64,000 bases of DNA from NCBI GenBank assembly GCA_041649475.1, contig JBAZNA010000001.1:197022-261021 (forward strand), read 5' to 3'. Source of the stretch: Patescibacteria group bacterium. Lineage in GTDB: Bacteria > Patescibacteriota > Patescibacteriia > Magasanikbacterales > GWA2-37-8. The translations under genes and the position numbers were made by a program. The notes below the pieces were generated by a model. It made no database searches. It was not told where the DNA came from and saw nothing but the letters and a program-made list of their open reading frames with translations. Positions 1 through 10,497 of the stretch are shown in pieces. Each line of letters starts with the position of its first letter. Position 1 is the first letter of the stretch.

Positions 1-1269
1 GTTGGTCATATATTTATCGGCCAGTTTGGCCGCCGCTTCAATGGCTTCGCCCGTAATTTTCAAGTGGTGATAATTTTCGTAATTGGTTTTTATGCCGTTT
101 AAAATTTTTATGGTGTCGCCAACGCTTGATTCTTTGATATAAATTGGTTGAAACCGACGCTCCAGGGCGGCATCGCTTTCAATGTACTTTTTAAATTCCG
201 CGGGGGTGGTGGCGCCAATGCATCGCAGTTGTCCGCGTGCCAAAACCGGTTTTAAAATATTTGACGCGTCCAGTGTGCCTTGGTTGGAGCCGGCTCCGAC
301 AATATTATGCAGTTCATCAATAAACAGTATGATGTCAGGATTGTTGGCCACGTCTTCAATTATTTGCCGCAGTCGCGCTTCAAATTCACCGCGATAGGTC
401 GTGCCGGCAATTAGCAGTCCCATATCCAGGGCGTATATCTTTTTGCCCCGCAAAATATCCGGTACGTCGCCGGAGACGATTTTTTTAGCCAAACCTTCCA
501 CAATGGCGGTCTTGCCAACGCCCGGATCGCCTAAAAGCACCGGATTGTTTTTAGTGCGTCGGCAGATTATTTGAATCATTCTTTCAATTTCGGTCTCGCG
601 ACCGATAACCGGGTCAATGTTTGTTTGAATTTCCGGACTGGTCAGGTTGGCGGCAAAAAAATCCAGGGCTGATTCCTTTTTTTTGCCTTTTTTTGATAAT
701 TGGGAAAGATTGTTAAGTCCAAGCGGTTCTTCGCCCAAACTCAAACTGTCTTGCAACTTATCAATCATTTCCGGTACGTCATTTATCTGCGGAAACCCCG
801 CAACATTATTCATGACCGTTTCCAACTGGCTTTGCAGATCTTCTGTTTTTAAACTGTGATGCTGGAAAAATTTATCCAGCCACTCATCTTGCGTGGCCAA
901 AAGGGCGGATAATAGATGTTCGGTGCCAATATAGTTGTGGCCATTTTCCTGGGCGATCAGCATGGCTTTCTCTAAAGCCATTTTTGAAGACAAAGAAAAA
1001 GGAGATAAGCTGATTTGGTCTGTTTCCGGACTGTTTGTGGTTGGGTCTTGCGGTACGCTCTCGTCATAACTTAACATGGCCCGTTCAATTTTTTTGGAAT
1101 CAACCTTATATTTGACGAGCAGTTCATTGGCCACTGAGCCCTTTTGCAAAGAAATCGCAAAAAACAGATGCATCGGCTCAACTGATGTGTTTTTGAGTTC
1201 GGTGGCGAGACGAATGCTTCTGATTAAGACCTCGCGCAAATGGGTGGAAAATCTATCTATGATATTCAT
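1..1269 (-). CDS. ATP-dependent Clp protease ATP-binding subunit (ClpC/ClpB-like), N-terminal part; the gene continues past the window start
   Basis: Reverse-strand translation from ATG at 1269 gives [15 protein letters not shown]... with two Clp_N repeats, then a Walker A (GDPGVGKT) and ...[11 protein letters not shown]. Not in the ORF track because it is truncated by the window edge. Confidence 0.75.
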   Translation of the reverse strand, partial: MNIIDRFSTHLREVLIRSIRLATELKNTSVEPMHLFFAISLQKGSVANELLVKYKVDSKKIERAMLSYDESVPQDPTTNSPETDQISLSPFSLSSKMALEKAMLIAQENGHNYIGTEHLLSALLATQDEWLDKFFQHHSLKTEDLQSQLETVMNNVAGFPQINDVPEMIDKLQDSLSLGEEPLGLNNLSQLSKKGKKKESALDFFAANLTSPEIQTNIDPVIGRETEIERMIQIICRRTKNNPVLLGDPGVGKTAIVEGLAKKIVSGDVPDILRGKKIYALDMGLLIAGTTYRGEFEARLRQIIEDVANNPDIILFIDELHNIVGAGSNQGTLDASNILKPVLARGQLRCIGATTPAEFKKYIESDAALERRFQPIYIKESSVGDTIKILNGIKTNYENYHHLKITGEAIEAAAKLADKYMTN

Positions 1270-1336
1270 AATAGTTGCTTTCATTTATATTGTATAATAT
1301 AATGATTTTAGCTTAATTTGTCAAAAAAATAACGCT

Positions 1337-2704
1337 ATGATAACAATATCTCCAGGAATTTTTAAAGCATACGATATCAGGGGGGTTTATGAAGTGGAAT
1401 TGGATGAGGATTTGGCTTACCGGGTGGGCAAGGCGTTTGCGGAATTTATTAAGAAAGATGCCGGTAAAAACGACTTAACAGTCGCGGTCGGGCAAGATAT
1501 GAGAATTTCTTCGCCGACCTTGTTTGAAGCGGTGGTAAAAGGCATAACCGAACAGGGTGTTAATGTGGTGGATATTGGTTTGGTTTCCACGCCGACTTTT
1601 TATTTTGGCGTCAGCTTCTACGGTTATGACGGCGGTTTGCAGGTTTCGGCTTCGCACAATCCGGCAAAGTATAATGGTTTTAAAATGGTGCGGGCCAGGG
1701 CGGTGCCCATCAGCGGGGAAACCGGAATAATGGAAATCCGGGATATGGCGATTAAAAATGAGTTTGTCGCGGCGCCGGAAAAGGGAAATGTGACAAAGCG
1801 CGAAGGTGTTTTGGAGGAGCAAATAAAATTTGCTTTGCAGTATGTTGATCTCCAAAAAATAAAACCGTTTAAAATTGTCATTGACACGGCCAACGGCATG
1901 GGTGGGCCGATGATGGAAGAATTATTTAAACATTTGCCGTGTAAATTGGAAAAATTATATTTTGAATTGGATGGAACCTTCCCCAATCACGAGGCCGATC
2001 CGTTAAAAGAAGAAAACATGAAGGACTTGCAGAAGCGAGTACTTGAAACCAAAGCGGATTTGGGAATTTCTTTAGATGGCGACGCGGACAGATTATTTTT
2101 TGTTGATGATAAGGGCGTAACCATTGAGCCGGCCATGGTGCGCGGAATTTTGGCCAAGATATTTTTGCGGGATAATCCGGGCGCGAAGATTTGCTATGAC
2201 ATCCGACCGGGAAAAATTACCATTGATATGATTGAAGAGGGCGGGGGCGTGCCGATTGTCACCCGCGTCGGTCATTCTTTGATCAAAGAAAAAATGGCCG
2301 AGGTCGGTTCGGTATTCGCCGGGGAGTCATCCGGGCATTTCTTTTTGAAAATGCCGCACGGAATTTTTGAAGCGCCGGAAATTATGATTTTAAAGATTTT
2401 ACAGGAGTTGTCGGAGAGTGGCCAGAGTTTTAGCGAGTACACCGCGCCCCTGTATAAGTATTTTCATTCCGGTGAAATTAATTTTGAAGTGAAAGACAAA
2501 CAAGCGGTGTTTGATAAGTTGCGGGAAAAATACGGAGCGAATTTGCAGTATGATTTTGACGGTTTGTCATTCCAGTGGCCGGAGTGGTGGTTTAATGTTC
2601 GGGCAAGTAACACAGAGAATAAAATGCGTTTGAATTTGGAAGCGACTAGTGAAGAGATTATGAAAGAGAAAGTTATGGAAGTAAGTGGACTTATTAAATT
2701 TTAA
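1337..2704 (+). CDS. phosphomannomutase/phosphoglucomutase (alpha-D-phosphohexomutase family)
   Basis: 455 aa. Active-site Ser loop SASHNPAKYNGFK and a metal-binding DGDADR-like motif (LDGDADRLFF). Confidence 0.85.
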   Translation: MITISPGIFKAYDIRGVYEVELDEDLAYRVGKAFAEFIKKDAGKNDLTVAVGQDMRISSPTLFEAVVKGITEQGVNVVDIGLVSTPTFYFGVSFYGYDGGLQVSASHNPAKYNGFKMVRARAVPISGETGIMEIRDMAIKNEFVAAPEKGNVTKREGVLEEQIKFALQYVDLQKIKPFKIVIDTANGMGGPMMEELFKHLPCKLEKLYFELDGTFPNHEADPLKEENMKDLQKRVLETKADLGISLDGDADRLFFVDDKGVTIEPAMVRGILAKIFLRDNPGAKICYDIRPGKITIDMIEEGGGVPIVTRVGHSLIKEKMAEVGSVFAGESSGHFFLKMPHGIFEAPEIMILKILQELSESGQSFSEYTAPLYKYFHSGEINFEVKDKQAVFDKLREKYGANLQYDFDGLSFQWPEWWFNVRASNTENKMRLNLEATSEEIMKEKVMEVSGLIKF

Positions 2705-2729
2705 TTTATTTATATTTAATTTTTAGAAT

Positions 2730-3035
2730 ATGGCGTATGCAGAAAAAAATTTAATAGATAAATTACAAGATGAGATTAGGAATAAGAAGGATAAACAAAT
2801 GGAGGGGTTACGCAGGGCTTTTGAAATTTCTTTTTGGAAATATTGGGATGATCATAGTGAATATCCTAATCTTAATAATGACCAGGATGTTAATCTTTAT
2901 CTTGAGGGCCGTCCAGATTTAAAAGCTGCTGTTTTTAAACTGGATTTGGTTTTGCCTAGAGTGAAAGAAATTGCTTTTGAAATTCTTGAGAATTTAAGGA
3001 AAACAGGGGTAAGAAAAGGTGCGAAGAAGAAATAA
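2730..3035 (+). CDS. hypothetical protein
   Basis: 101-aa ORF with host-like composition; no recognisable motif. Confidence 0.35.
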   Translation: MAYAEKNLIDKLQDEIRNKKDKQMEGLRRAFEISFWKYWDDHSEYPNLNNDQDVNLYLEGRPDLKAAVFKLDLVLPRVKEIAFEILENLRKTGVRKGAKKK

Positions 3036-3156
3036 GAGTTAAACAATTTCTAAAAATATTTTTAGTGGCCATACCCACTGTTTCACTGTGGTGGGCAACT
3101 CCAACAACTTCGTAAAGTTTGCCTTTGTAGCGCTCGTATTTGCCTAATTTTAGCAT
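2956..3156 (-). pseudogene. DUF1653-like small protein remnant (internal deletion/frameshift)
   Basis: The N-terminus MLKLGKYERYKGKLYEVVGVAHHSET matches the DUF1653 signature (YRHYKG.LY.V.GVA.HSET). The expected downstream LWVRPL.MF.E.V block appears only in the +1 frame (QWVWPLKIFLEIV*). The in-frame tail overlaps the preceding ORF. Confidence 0.35.
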
Positions 3157-3162
3157 AAATAT

Positions 3163-4047
3163 TTACGCCATCCCTCTTAATTTTTTGATTCTGTCTTCAA
3201 TCGGCGGATGAGTGGAGAAAAGATTGGAAACTTTTTTACCGCTAAACGGGCTTGCCAGAAATAAATGGGCAGTGGCCTGATTGGCGTGTGCCAATGGTTG
3301 ATTTTCAGCCGCAATTTTTTCCAAAGCCCGAGCCAAACCTTCGGGATAGCGGGTGAGCAATGATCCGGAAGCATCAGCCAAATACTCTCGCCGGCGGGAA
3401 ATAGCCAATTTTATCAGTTCGGCAATAATTGGAGATAAGATCGCCAAGATAATTCCCACCACCATAAAGATAATGCCGAGATCTCCGCCTTCGCGGTTGT
3501 TGTTTCTTCTCGGCAGCCAACGGCTTCGTAAAAAAATATTTGATAAAATCGCAATTGCTCCCACCATCACCGCCACCAAAGTCATGAAGCGAATGTCATA
3601 GTTCTTAACGTGGGAAAGTTCATGAGCGATTACGCCTTCCAATTCTACGCTTTCTAATTTTTCAATCGCGCCGCGGGTGATGGCAATGGTGGCCATGTCC
3701 GGTTTGCGGCCCGTGGCAAAAGCGTTGATGGCAGGATCTTCCATTATGTATACCTTTGGCACCGGCAAACCGGCAGTGATGCATAAATTTTCAACCAGAT
3801 GATACACATATGGATTTTCATCATGTTCAATCGGGTGGGCGCCGTTTGTCCAAAGCGCAATTTTGTCGCCCTGGAAATATGAAATCGCCGTCATGCCCAG
3901 AGAAAAAATAATCGCAAAGAAAACACCGCCATAACTTCCGGAACCGGAGGCCTGATCAAACACAAACCCCAAAGCAATGATGACCACAATAAAAATCATC
4001 ATCAAAATTATGGATTTTCGTTTGTTGGAATCTATCTCGTTATACAT
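3163..4047 (-). CDS. htpX: zinc metalloprotease HtpX (peptidase M48)
   Basis: HELSH (HExxH) motif, N-terminal TM helices, and position immediately downstream of lemA. Confidence 0.8.
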   Translation of the reverse strand: MYNEIDSNKRKSIILMMIFIVVIIALGFVFDQASGSGSYGGVFFAIIFSLGMTAISYFQGDKIALWTNGAHPIEHDENPYVYHLVENLCITAGLPVPKVYIMEDPAINAFATGRKPDMATIAITRGAIEKLESVELEGVIAHELSHVKNYDIRFMTLVAVMVGAIAILSNIFLRSRWLPRRNNNREGGDLGIIFMVVGIILAILSPIIAELIKLAISRRREYLADASGSLLTRYPEGLARALEKIAAENQPLAHANQATAHLFLASPFSGKKVSNLFSTHPPIEDRIKKLRGMA

Positions 4048-4062
4048 TTTATGTGTGGCCAG

Positions 4063-4614
4063 CTAGAATTTCACTTGCACGTTTTCCTTTTCCGCCGCAT
4101 CCGCCTGGAAGAAATCGTATTTTTTGAAATTCATCATGCCGGCAAAAATATTTGTCGGGAAGACCTGAATTTGGGTGTTGAAGTCGCGCACGTTGCCGTT
4201 GTAGAAGCGGCGGGAGGCCTGAATTTTATTTTCCGTATCGCTAATTTCACCTTGTAATTGCAAGAAATTCTGATTGGCTTTTAAGTCCGGGTAATTTTCA
4301 CTGACGGCAAACAAGGTTTTTAAGGTGCCTGATAATTGATTTTCCGCTTGTTCGCGTTCAGCCATTGAACCGCCTTTGGCCGACATAGCCGCGGTTCTGG
4401 CTTCAGTTAATTGAACCAAAGTGTCGTGTTCATGGGTCATGTAGCCCTTTACCGTTTCCACTAAATTCGGAATCAAGTCATAGCGGCGTTTCAATTGGAC
4501 GTCAATATCGCTAAAGGCCTCATCCACGCGGTTTTTTGACTTAATTAAACCGTTGTATATGGCTATAATCCAAAAAACGATCACGGCCACTATTGCCAAA
4601 ATTACCCAAAGCAT
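4063..4614 (-). CDS. lemA: LemA family protein
   Basis: 183 aa with an N-terminal TM helix followed by a LemA-like helical domain; canonical lemA-htpX pairing. Confidence 0.75.
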   Translation of the reverse strand: MLWVILAIVAVIVFWIIAIYNGLIKSKNRVDEAFSDIDVQLKRRYDLIPNLVETVKGYMTHEHDTLVQLTEARTAAMSAKGGSMAEREQAENQLSGTLKTLFAVSENYPDLKANQNFLQLQGEISDTENKIQASRRFYNGNVRDFNTQIQVFPTNIFAGMMNFKKYDFFQADAAEKENVQVKF

Positions 4615-4727
4615 ATGATTAAGATTAAAATTAAGTTATATTTTCTGCCCGCAGGGCAGCTATTGGCTTTTTCGTGAGTTTATTATATGATATAGCAATA
4701 AAATAAGCAAGATTTTCTCTTTATTGT

Positions 4728-6026
4728 ATGATTACCCTATTAATCTTTTTGGCCATCTTGGCAATTTTGGTTTTATCCCATGAATTTGGGCATTTTGTTG
4801 CCGCGCGCCGAAGCGGGATGAAGGTTTATGAGTTTGGTTTTGGCTTTCCGCCAAGGTTATTTGGCATCCAACTGCTCAAAAGCAGAAAACCGGCTAAAAT
4901 TGGTGAAATTCAAGAAACAGATATAAAAATTGAAGATATAAAAACAGCGGACGGCCAGGAGGTTGTGACCGAAACAGTGACGACAGACACTAAGACAATA
5001 GTTCAAACCACGAAAAAGTGGCGTTTTATTTGGTGGAATAAGGATGTTGTACCTGAAGAAGGAGACAGCACGCTGGAACATGGCACGGTTTATTCTTTTA
5101 ATCTGATTCCCCTGGGCGGTTTTGTGCGTATCAAAGGTGAAGAAGGCGACGAAACAGGTCCGGATAGTTTTAATACGCAAAAAACTTGGAAAAAGGCCAT
5201 CACGCTGGTTGCCGGCGTGGCCATGAATGTGGTTTTAGCCGCGATTTTGCTTTCAATCGGGTTTATGACCGGCATACCGCAAGCGGTTGATGATTCTACG
5301 GTTGGAGTGAGAAACAGGCACGTGGAAATCGTCCAGGTTTTGCCGGGCAAGCCGGCCGAGCTGGCTGGTTTAAAAGCCGGCGATGAATTTTTAAAAATTG
5401 ATAATATAAATTCTCCCAGTTCAAAACAATTGCAGGATTATTTAAATGCCAATAAAGATAAAAATATTAATGTCGTTGTAAACCGGAATGGCCAGCTTAT
5501 TACAAAAGATATTCATCCAATTATTTATCCGGATACGGGCAAGGCGGGTTTGGGTGTGTCCATAGTTGATGTCGGCGTGGTTGGTTATCCGTGGTATAAA
5601 GCCATATATTATGGAATAATAACCACCGGATTTTATTTGAAAGAAATCGTGTTGGCGTTTTACGGTTTGATTAAAGGGCTCTTTGTCGGCGCGCCGGTGG
5701 GTGATGCTGTTTCCGGGCCGGTGGGCATTGCGGTTATGACCGGGCAAGTGGCTAAACTTGGTTTTGCTTATTTGTTAAATTTTACCGCCTTATTATCATT
5801 GAATTTGGCAATCATAAATATTTTGCCGATCCCGGCTTTAGATGGCGGTCGGTTGTTATTTCTGGTAATCAATAAATTTAAACGCAAGCAAATTAATCCC
5901 AAGCATGAACAGTTGGCGCATACCATCGGTTTTGCCCTGTTGATGCTTCTGGTGGTGGTGGTGACGGTAAAAGACATCGGCGCGTTTAGCGGTTCAATCG
6001 TGAACTTCTTTAAAAATTTATTTTAA
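4728..6026 (+). CDS. rseP: RIP metalloprotease RseP (site-2 protease, peptidase M50) with PDZ domain
   Basis: HEFGHF zinc motif at the N-terminus, a central PDZ-like region, and a C-terminal LDGG motif. Confidence 0.85.
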   Translation: MITLLIFLAILAILVLSHEFGHFVAARRSGMKVYEFGFGFPPRLFGIQLLKSRKPAKIGEIQETDIKIEDIKTADGQEVVTETVTTDTKTIVQTTKKWRFIWWNKDVVPEEGDSTLEHGTVYSFNLIPLGGFVRIKGEEGDETGPDSFNTQKTWKKAITLVAGVAMNVVLAAILLSIGFMTGIPQAVDDSTVGVRNRHVEIVQVLPGKPAELAGLKAGDEFLKIDNINSPSSKQLQDYLNANKDKNINVVVNRNGQLITKDIHPIIYPDTGKAGLGVSIVDVGVVGYPWYKAIYYGIITTGFYLKEIVLAFYGLIKGLFVGAPVGDAVSGPVGIAVMTGQVAKLGFAYLLNFTALLSLNLAIINILPIPALDGGRLLFLVINKFKRKQINPKHEQLAHTIGFALLMLLVVVVTVKDIGAFSGSIVNFFKNLF

Positions 6027-6034
6027 TTTTAAAT

Positions 6035-7066
6035 ATGCAATCTAAACTGCAGAAATTAAAAACCGAAGCCCTGCTGGCGATAAAATCCGCAAAAGATAAA
6101 TTGGAAGTTGAGGCCTTGGAACAGAAATTATTCGGCCGCAAGGGCGGAGAGATGACGGATATCTTGAAAGGCATAAAAGATTTGAGCGAAGATGCAAAAA
6201 AAGAAATCGGGCAATTGGCCAATGAAGTGAAAAAAGAAATTGAAAACGCGCTGGCCGCAAAAAAACAAGAGGTTTTGTCAAAAAGTTTTGCCGGCGCCTT
6301 GGAAAAAGAGCGAGTGGATTTAACCCAGCCGGCTTTGCCGCATCAAGAACGCGGGCATCTTCATCCGGTGTCAGTAATTCAAAATCAGTTGGAGGATTTA
6401 TTTGCGTCAATGGGTTTTATGGTTTTAGACGGTTCGGAATTGGAAAGCGATTATTATAATTTTTCAGCGGTAAATATTCCGGAAGATCATCCGGCGCGCG
6501 ACATGCAGGATACTTTTTATATTAAAAACCATCCGGATTGGGTGATGCGAACCCACACTTCTTCAATGCAGGTGCGGGGAATGCAAAAATACGGCGCGCC
6601 GCTTCGGGCGATTATTCCGGGCAAGTGTTACCGGAATGAAGCCACCGATGTCAGGCATGAACACACCTTTTATCAAATGGAGGGGTATGTTGTTGATAAA
6701 AATATCAACTTCGGGCACATGAAAGCGGTTTTGGAAACCGTGGCCAAAAATTTGTACGGCGCGGAAACCCAGGTTCGGCTGCGGCCGAAGTTTTATCCGT
6801 TTGTGGAGCCGGGCGTCAACGGCGAAGTGACTTGTTTTTTGTGTCATGGCAACGGTTGCCGGTTGTGTAAAAACAGCGGCTGGCTGGAGATTTTTGGCGC
6901 CGGTATGATTCACCCCAATGTTTTAAAAGAAGCCAATATTGATTCGAAAATTTATTCCGGTTTTGCTTTTGGCTTTGGTCTCACCCGTTTGGTGATGCTT
7001 AAATACGGCATTGAAGACATCCGCCTGCTCCAAAGCGGGGAGATGAAATTTTTAGAACAATTTTAA
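6035..7066 (+). CDS. pheS: phenylalanine--tRNA ligase alpha subunit
   Basis: Class II aaRS motifs: FYPFVEPG, EIFGAGMIHPNVL. Confidence 0.9.
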   Translation: MQSKLQKLKTEALLAIKSAKDKLEVEALEQKLFGRKGGEMTDILKGIKDLSEDAKKEIGQLANEVKKEIENALAAKKQEVLSKSFAGALEKERVDLTQPALPHQERGHLHPVSVIQNQLEDLFASMGFMVLDGSELESDYYNFSAVNIPEDHPARDMQDTFYIKNHPDWVMRTHTSSMQVRGMQKYGAPLRAIIPGKCYRNEATDVRHEHTFYQMEGYVVDKNINFGHMKAVLETVAKNLYGAETQVRLRPKFYPFVEPGVNGEVTCFLCHGNGCRLCKNSGWLEIFGAGMIHPNVLKEANIDSKIYSGFAFGFGLTRLVMLKYGIEDIRLLQSGEMKFLEQF

Positions 7067-7084
7067 CTTTCTTTCACACAGAAT

Positions 7085-9532
7085 ATGCTTATCTCTTTTA
7101 ACTGGTTAAAAAAATACGTCAAGTTACCTGATTCGGTTAGTGCCGAGGATGTAGCTGAAAAATTAAAGCAAAGCACGGTGGAAATTGAAAAAGTGGCCAG
7201 TCGCGCCAAGGATTTGGAAAATATTGTAGTTGGAAAAGTTGTGTCTTGCGATAAACATCCGAATGCCGATAAATTACAGGTTTGCAAAGTCAGCGTCGGC
7301 AATGAAGAAGTGGAAGTTGTTTGCGGAGGCAGTAATGTGAAAGAAGGAATGCTGGTGGCGCTGGCAAAAGTTGGCGCCAAAGTGCGCTGGCATGGAGCCG
7401 GGGAGTTGGTTGAGCTTGCGCCAACAGAGATTCGCGGCGTGAAATCATTCGGGATGATTTGCGCGTCAACTGAAATCGGTCTGGCTGACATGTTTCCTTT
7501 AAAAAGCGAAAAAGAAATTTTGGATTTGAGCGGCGTGAAAGCAAAGCCGGGCGCGCCTTTAAACAAAGCGTTGGGTTTGGATGATGCGGTTTTAGAAATT
7601 GATAATAAATCTTTGAGCAACCGGCCCGATCTGTGGGGGCATTACGGCCTGGCGCGTGAAGTGGCCGCGTTATATAAAAAGGATTTAAAAGCATACGAGG
7701 TCAAGAAAATAAAATCGGGCAAGGGCCTGAAAGTGAAAGTAGAAATTGAAGATAAAAAGTTGTGTCCGCGGTATATGGCCGTGGCCGTCTCGGGAATTAA
7801 GGTGAAAGAGTCCCCGGAGTGGCTAAAGAAAAGTTTGTTAGCAGTGGGCCTGCGACCAATAAACAACATCGTTGATATCACCAATTATGTGATGATGGAT
7901 TTGGGTCAGCCCATGCATGCGTTTGATGCCAAGGTTTTATCTGGCGATAAGAAACAGGCCGCGATTGTGGTGCGGCGTGCGAAAGACGGCGAAGAATTCG
8001 TTACTTTGGATGAACAGAAAAGAAAATTGGATTCGTCAATGCTTATGATTGCCAATCCGGAAAAATCGTTGGCCATTGCCGGCGTAATGGGCGGGATGGA
8101 AAGCGGAATTAATGCCGGTACTGATACTATAATTTTTGAATCCGCCAATTTTGATGCTTCATCAATAAGAAAAACGTCTACTAAATTGGGTTTGCGCACT
8201 GATTCATCGGCTCGTTTTGAAAAAAGTTTGGATCCGAATTTGTGCGTGTCGGCTTTAAGCAAAGCCGTCCAATTGGCGCTGGAATTAAATCCCGGCGCCG
8301 GTGTAGGCGGTAATATTGCCGATGAAGCAAATTTTCATCTTAGCACGGGTCCAATAGGATTTGGCCTGGAATATTTGAAGAAAATTGCCGGAGTGGAAAT
8401 TTCCAAAAAAGAAGCGGTAAGCATTTTAGAACGATTGGGTTTTGCGGTCACCGGTAAAGGCGATGAAATGAAAGTAAAAATTCCCAGCTGGCGCGCCACC
8501 AAAGACATCTCTCTTCCCGAGGACTTGGTTGAAGAAATTGTGCGTATTTATGGCTATGAAAATATATTGTCTGCGATGCCGACGTTTCCGATAAACCCGC
8601 CGGAAGAAAACAAAGTGCGTAAACTGGAAAGACAAATTAGGGATTTGCTGGTAAAAGAAATGTCATATACGGATATGTATAATTATTCTTTTGTCAGTCC
8701 GCAGATGATTGCCAAAATGAATGATGATGTTAAAAAATATATTGAACTTGATAATCCAATTTCGCAGGAACGGCCGTATGTGCGCCGGCATTTAATCACT
8801 AACCTGTTGGAAAATATTTTAAAAAATATTGATAATCATCCCACTTTGCGTTTATTTGAAATCGGTAAAACCTTTATAAGTGAAAAGCCGGGGCAAAGAA
8901 CAATGGCCAACAATGACGATCTGCTTCCGCGCCAGGACACCTGGCTGACAAGTGTGTTTGTGGAAAAGAAAAATGCGGCGCCGTTTTGGCAGGCACGCCG
9001 GGTAGTGGAAAATATTCTGGGCGATTTGGGGCAAAATTTTGAAGTGAAGGTGCCGAAAGAAATTTATCCGTGGCAGCATAAAGCGCGCGTGGCCAGAGTA
9101 ATGGTTGCCGGAGAAGATGTGGGTTCGGTTTATGAACTTAATCCGGCCGCGGGAGCCAACTTAGGTTTAGAGTGGAGCGTGGGCGTGGCGGCGTTAAACA
9201 TTGATAAGCTGGCAATGCTGCCTGTGTCTGACAAAAAATATAAACCACTGTCAGAATATCCGGCCATAGAACGGGATTTGGCGATTTTGGTGAAAAAAGA
9301 AGTTTCACACGGTGAAATTATTTCAGCCCTGGCGCACACTGATCCGATTTTAGCATCTGTGGATCTGTTTGACGTCTATGAAGGAGAGAACATCGGCGCC
9401 GGTTACAAAAGCATGGCTTATCATTTTGTCTATCGCGACCTTAAGCGAACCCTTACGGCCGGAGAGGTTGAAAAAGTGCACAGTAAAATTTTAAAAATTC
9501 TTCAGGAAAAATTTAAAGCGAGCGTGAGATAG
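7085..9532 (+). CDS. pheT: phenylalanine--tRNA ligase beta subunit
   Basis: 815 aa with N-terminal tRNA-binding domain, B3/4 and B5 domains and a C-terminal FDX-ACB domain; directly follows pheS. Confidence 0.9.
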   Translation: MLISFNWLKKYVKLPDSVSAEDVAEKLKQSTVEIEKVASRAKDLENIVVGKVVSCDKHPNADKLQVCKVSVGNEEVEVVCGGSNVKEGMLVALAKVGAKVRWHGAGELVELAPTEIRGVKSFGMICASTEIGLADMFPLKSEKEILDLSGVKAKPGAPLNKALGLDDAVLEIDNKSLSNRPDLWGHYGLAREVAALYKKDLKAYEVKKIKSGKGLKVKVEIEDKKLCPRYMAVAVSGIKVKESPEWLKKSLLAVGLRPINNIVDITNYVMMDLGQPMHAFDAKVLSGDKKQAAIVVRRAKDGEEFVTLDEQKRKLDSSMLMIANPEKSLAIAGVMGGMESGINAGTDTIIFESANFDASSIRKTSTKLGLRTDSSARFEKSLDPNLCVSALSKAVQLALELNPGAGVGGNIADEANFHLSTGPIGFGLEYLKKIAGVEISKKEAVSILERLGFAVTGKGDEMKVKIPSWRATKDISLPEDLVEEIVRIYGYENILSAMPTFPINPPEENKVRKLERQIRDLLVKEMSYTDMYNYSFVSPQMIAKMNDDVKKYIELDNPISQERPYVRRHLITNLLENILKNIDNHPTLRLFEIGKTFISEKPGQRTMANNDDLLPRQDTWLTSVFVEKKNAAPFWQARRVVENILGDLGQNFEVKVPKEIYPWQHKARVARVMVAGEDVGSVYELNPAAGANLGLEWSVGVAALNIDKLAMLPVSDKKYKPLSEYPAIERDLAILVKKEVSHGEIISALAHTDPILASVDLFDVYEGENIGAGYKSMAYHFVYRDLKRTLTAGEVEKVHSKILKILQEKFKASVR

Positions 9533-9607
9533 TAAAAAATTTGTTGCATCTTTAAATTTGTGCTATAATATCTTCAGATTATTTTTATTTTTAATTTAAG
9601 GAGCGGT

Positions 9608-9994
9608 ATGATAGAAACTTCCAAAGATATTTTATACCTGGTCATCGCGTTTTGTGTTTTGTGGCTGACGGTTTTTCTCTGCTGGACGTTTTTCTACGTG
9701 GTGAAAATTTTAAAGAACACCAACCGGGTGGTTGAAGAATTTCGCTCGCGCCTGCAACTGCTAACTGAAACCATAAATTATGTGCGCGGCAAGGTGGAAA
9801 GCATTCATGCTTTGATTGGTTTAGCCGGCGGCAATGTAGCCAATGCCGTAAAAAATATCGTGAGCAAGAAAGCCAAAGAATGGGTTGATAGCGGTTCTAA
9901 AAAAATGAATACTTCAGCTAAAGACGCGGTGGACTTTGCGGTAAAAGCGACTGCAAAGGGCATGAGCAAGGTAGCAAAGAAGATTAGAAGATAA
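9608..9994 (+). CDS. hypothetical membrane protein (DUF948-like: N-terminal TM helix plus coiled coil)
   Basis: 128 aa with hydrophobic N-terminus LYLVIAFCVLWLTVFLCW. Extended -10 promoter (TGcTATAAT) and AAGGAG RBS upstream. Confidence 0.5.
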   Translation: MIETSKDILYLVIAFCVLWLTVFLCWTFFYVVKILKNTNRVVEEFRSRLQLLTETINYVRGKVESIHALIGLAGGNVANAVKNIVSKKAKEWVDSGSKKMNTSAKDAVDFAVKATAKGMSKVAKKIRR

Positions 9995-10010
9995 AATAAA
10001 TTTAAACAAG

Positions 10011-10031
10011 AGAGCCCACCCGGGCTCTTTT
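10011..10031 (+). terminator. intrinsic terminator hairpin AGAGCCC-ACCC-GGGCTCT + TTTT
   Basis: Perfect 7-bp stem followed by a T-run, directly after the 9608..9994 ORF. Confidence 0.6.
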
Positions 10032-10046
10032 AAGTTGCCTCCTATC

Positions 10047-10075
10047 TTGACAAAAAAATATTTTTAGTGTATTCT
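10047..10075 (+). promoter_or_regulatory. sigma70-like promoter TTGACA-N17-TATTCT driving G+C-rich ORF a
   Basis: Consensus -35 hexamer with 17-nt spacer. A 5'UTR hairpin (CCCGGACC...GGTTCGGG) and a GGAAGGAG RBS lie before the ATG at 10150. Confidence 0.5.
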
Positions 10076-10149
10076 TGGTGATTATTCCTTAGGTAAGGAA
10101 GCCCGGACCATTCCGGTTCGGGTATGATGATAGAGGAAGGAGAAAAAAG

Positions 10150-10497
10150 ATGGGAATGCGCGCGAAGGACTGGGAGGCGGCCCAGGCCGTTTTCTTGAAA
10201 GAGGCCGGTGCCGACCCTGACCCCGACGATTCGTGGACCGTAGTTCGGTCGCCGAGTTTGCAGGAGCTTCTGCTGGCAAAGGAGCAGGAGTTCCCGGTTG
10301 AGCTCGAGCTCTCCGACGGCCGCAAGATGACCGTGTTCGTCGAGGATATCAAGGACCCCGACGCGCACGGCGAAGTGGAGGTGTACGTAATGTACGTCGC
10401 CAACGGCAACCGGCGCCGGCGGTACCTGCACTTCACCCCCGACGTCTACGAGCCCAGGGTCAACGTCTACCCCGAGCCCAAGGAATCCGTGGGCTGA
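10150..10497 (+). CDS. hypothetical protein, compositionally foreign (G+C-rich cassette a)
   Basis: 115 aa (MGMRAKDWEAAQAV...) with a GGAAGGAG RBS 7 nt upstream and G/C-ending codons. Followed by terminator GCCCAAGC-ATCT-GCTTGGGC + T7 (10521..10548). No motif recognised. Confidence 0.5.
   Translation: MGMRAKDWEAAQAVFLKEAGADPDPDDSWTVVRSPSLQELLLAKEQEFPVELELSDGRKMTVFVEDIKDPDAHGEVEVYVMYVANGNRRRRYLHFTPDVYEPRVNVYPEPKESVG

Noticed and set aside
4640-4662. Palindrome CTGCCC-GCA-GGGCAG between lemA and rseP
   Set aside because: A short isolated hairpin in a divergent promoter region. It is plausibly an operator, but there is too little context to call it.
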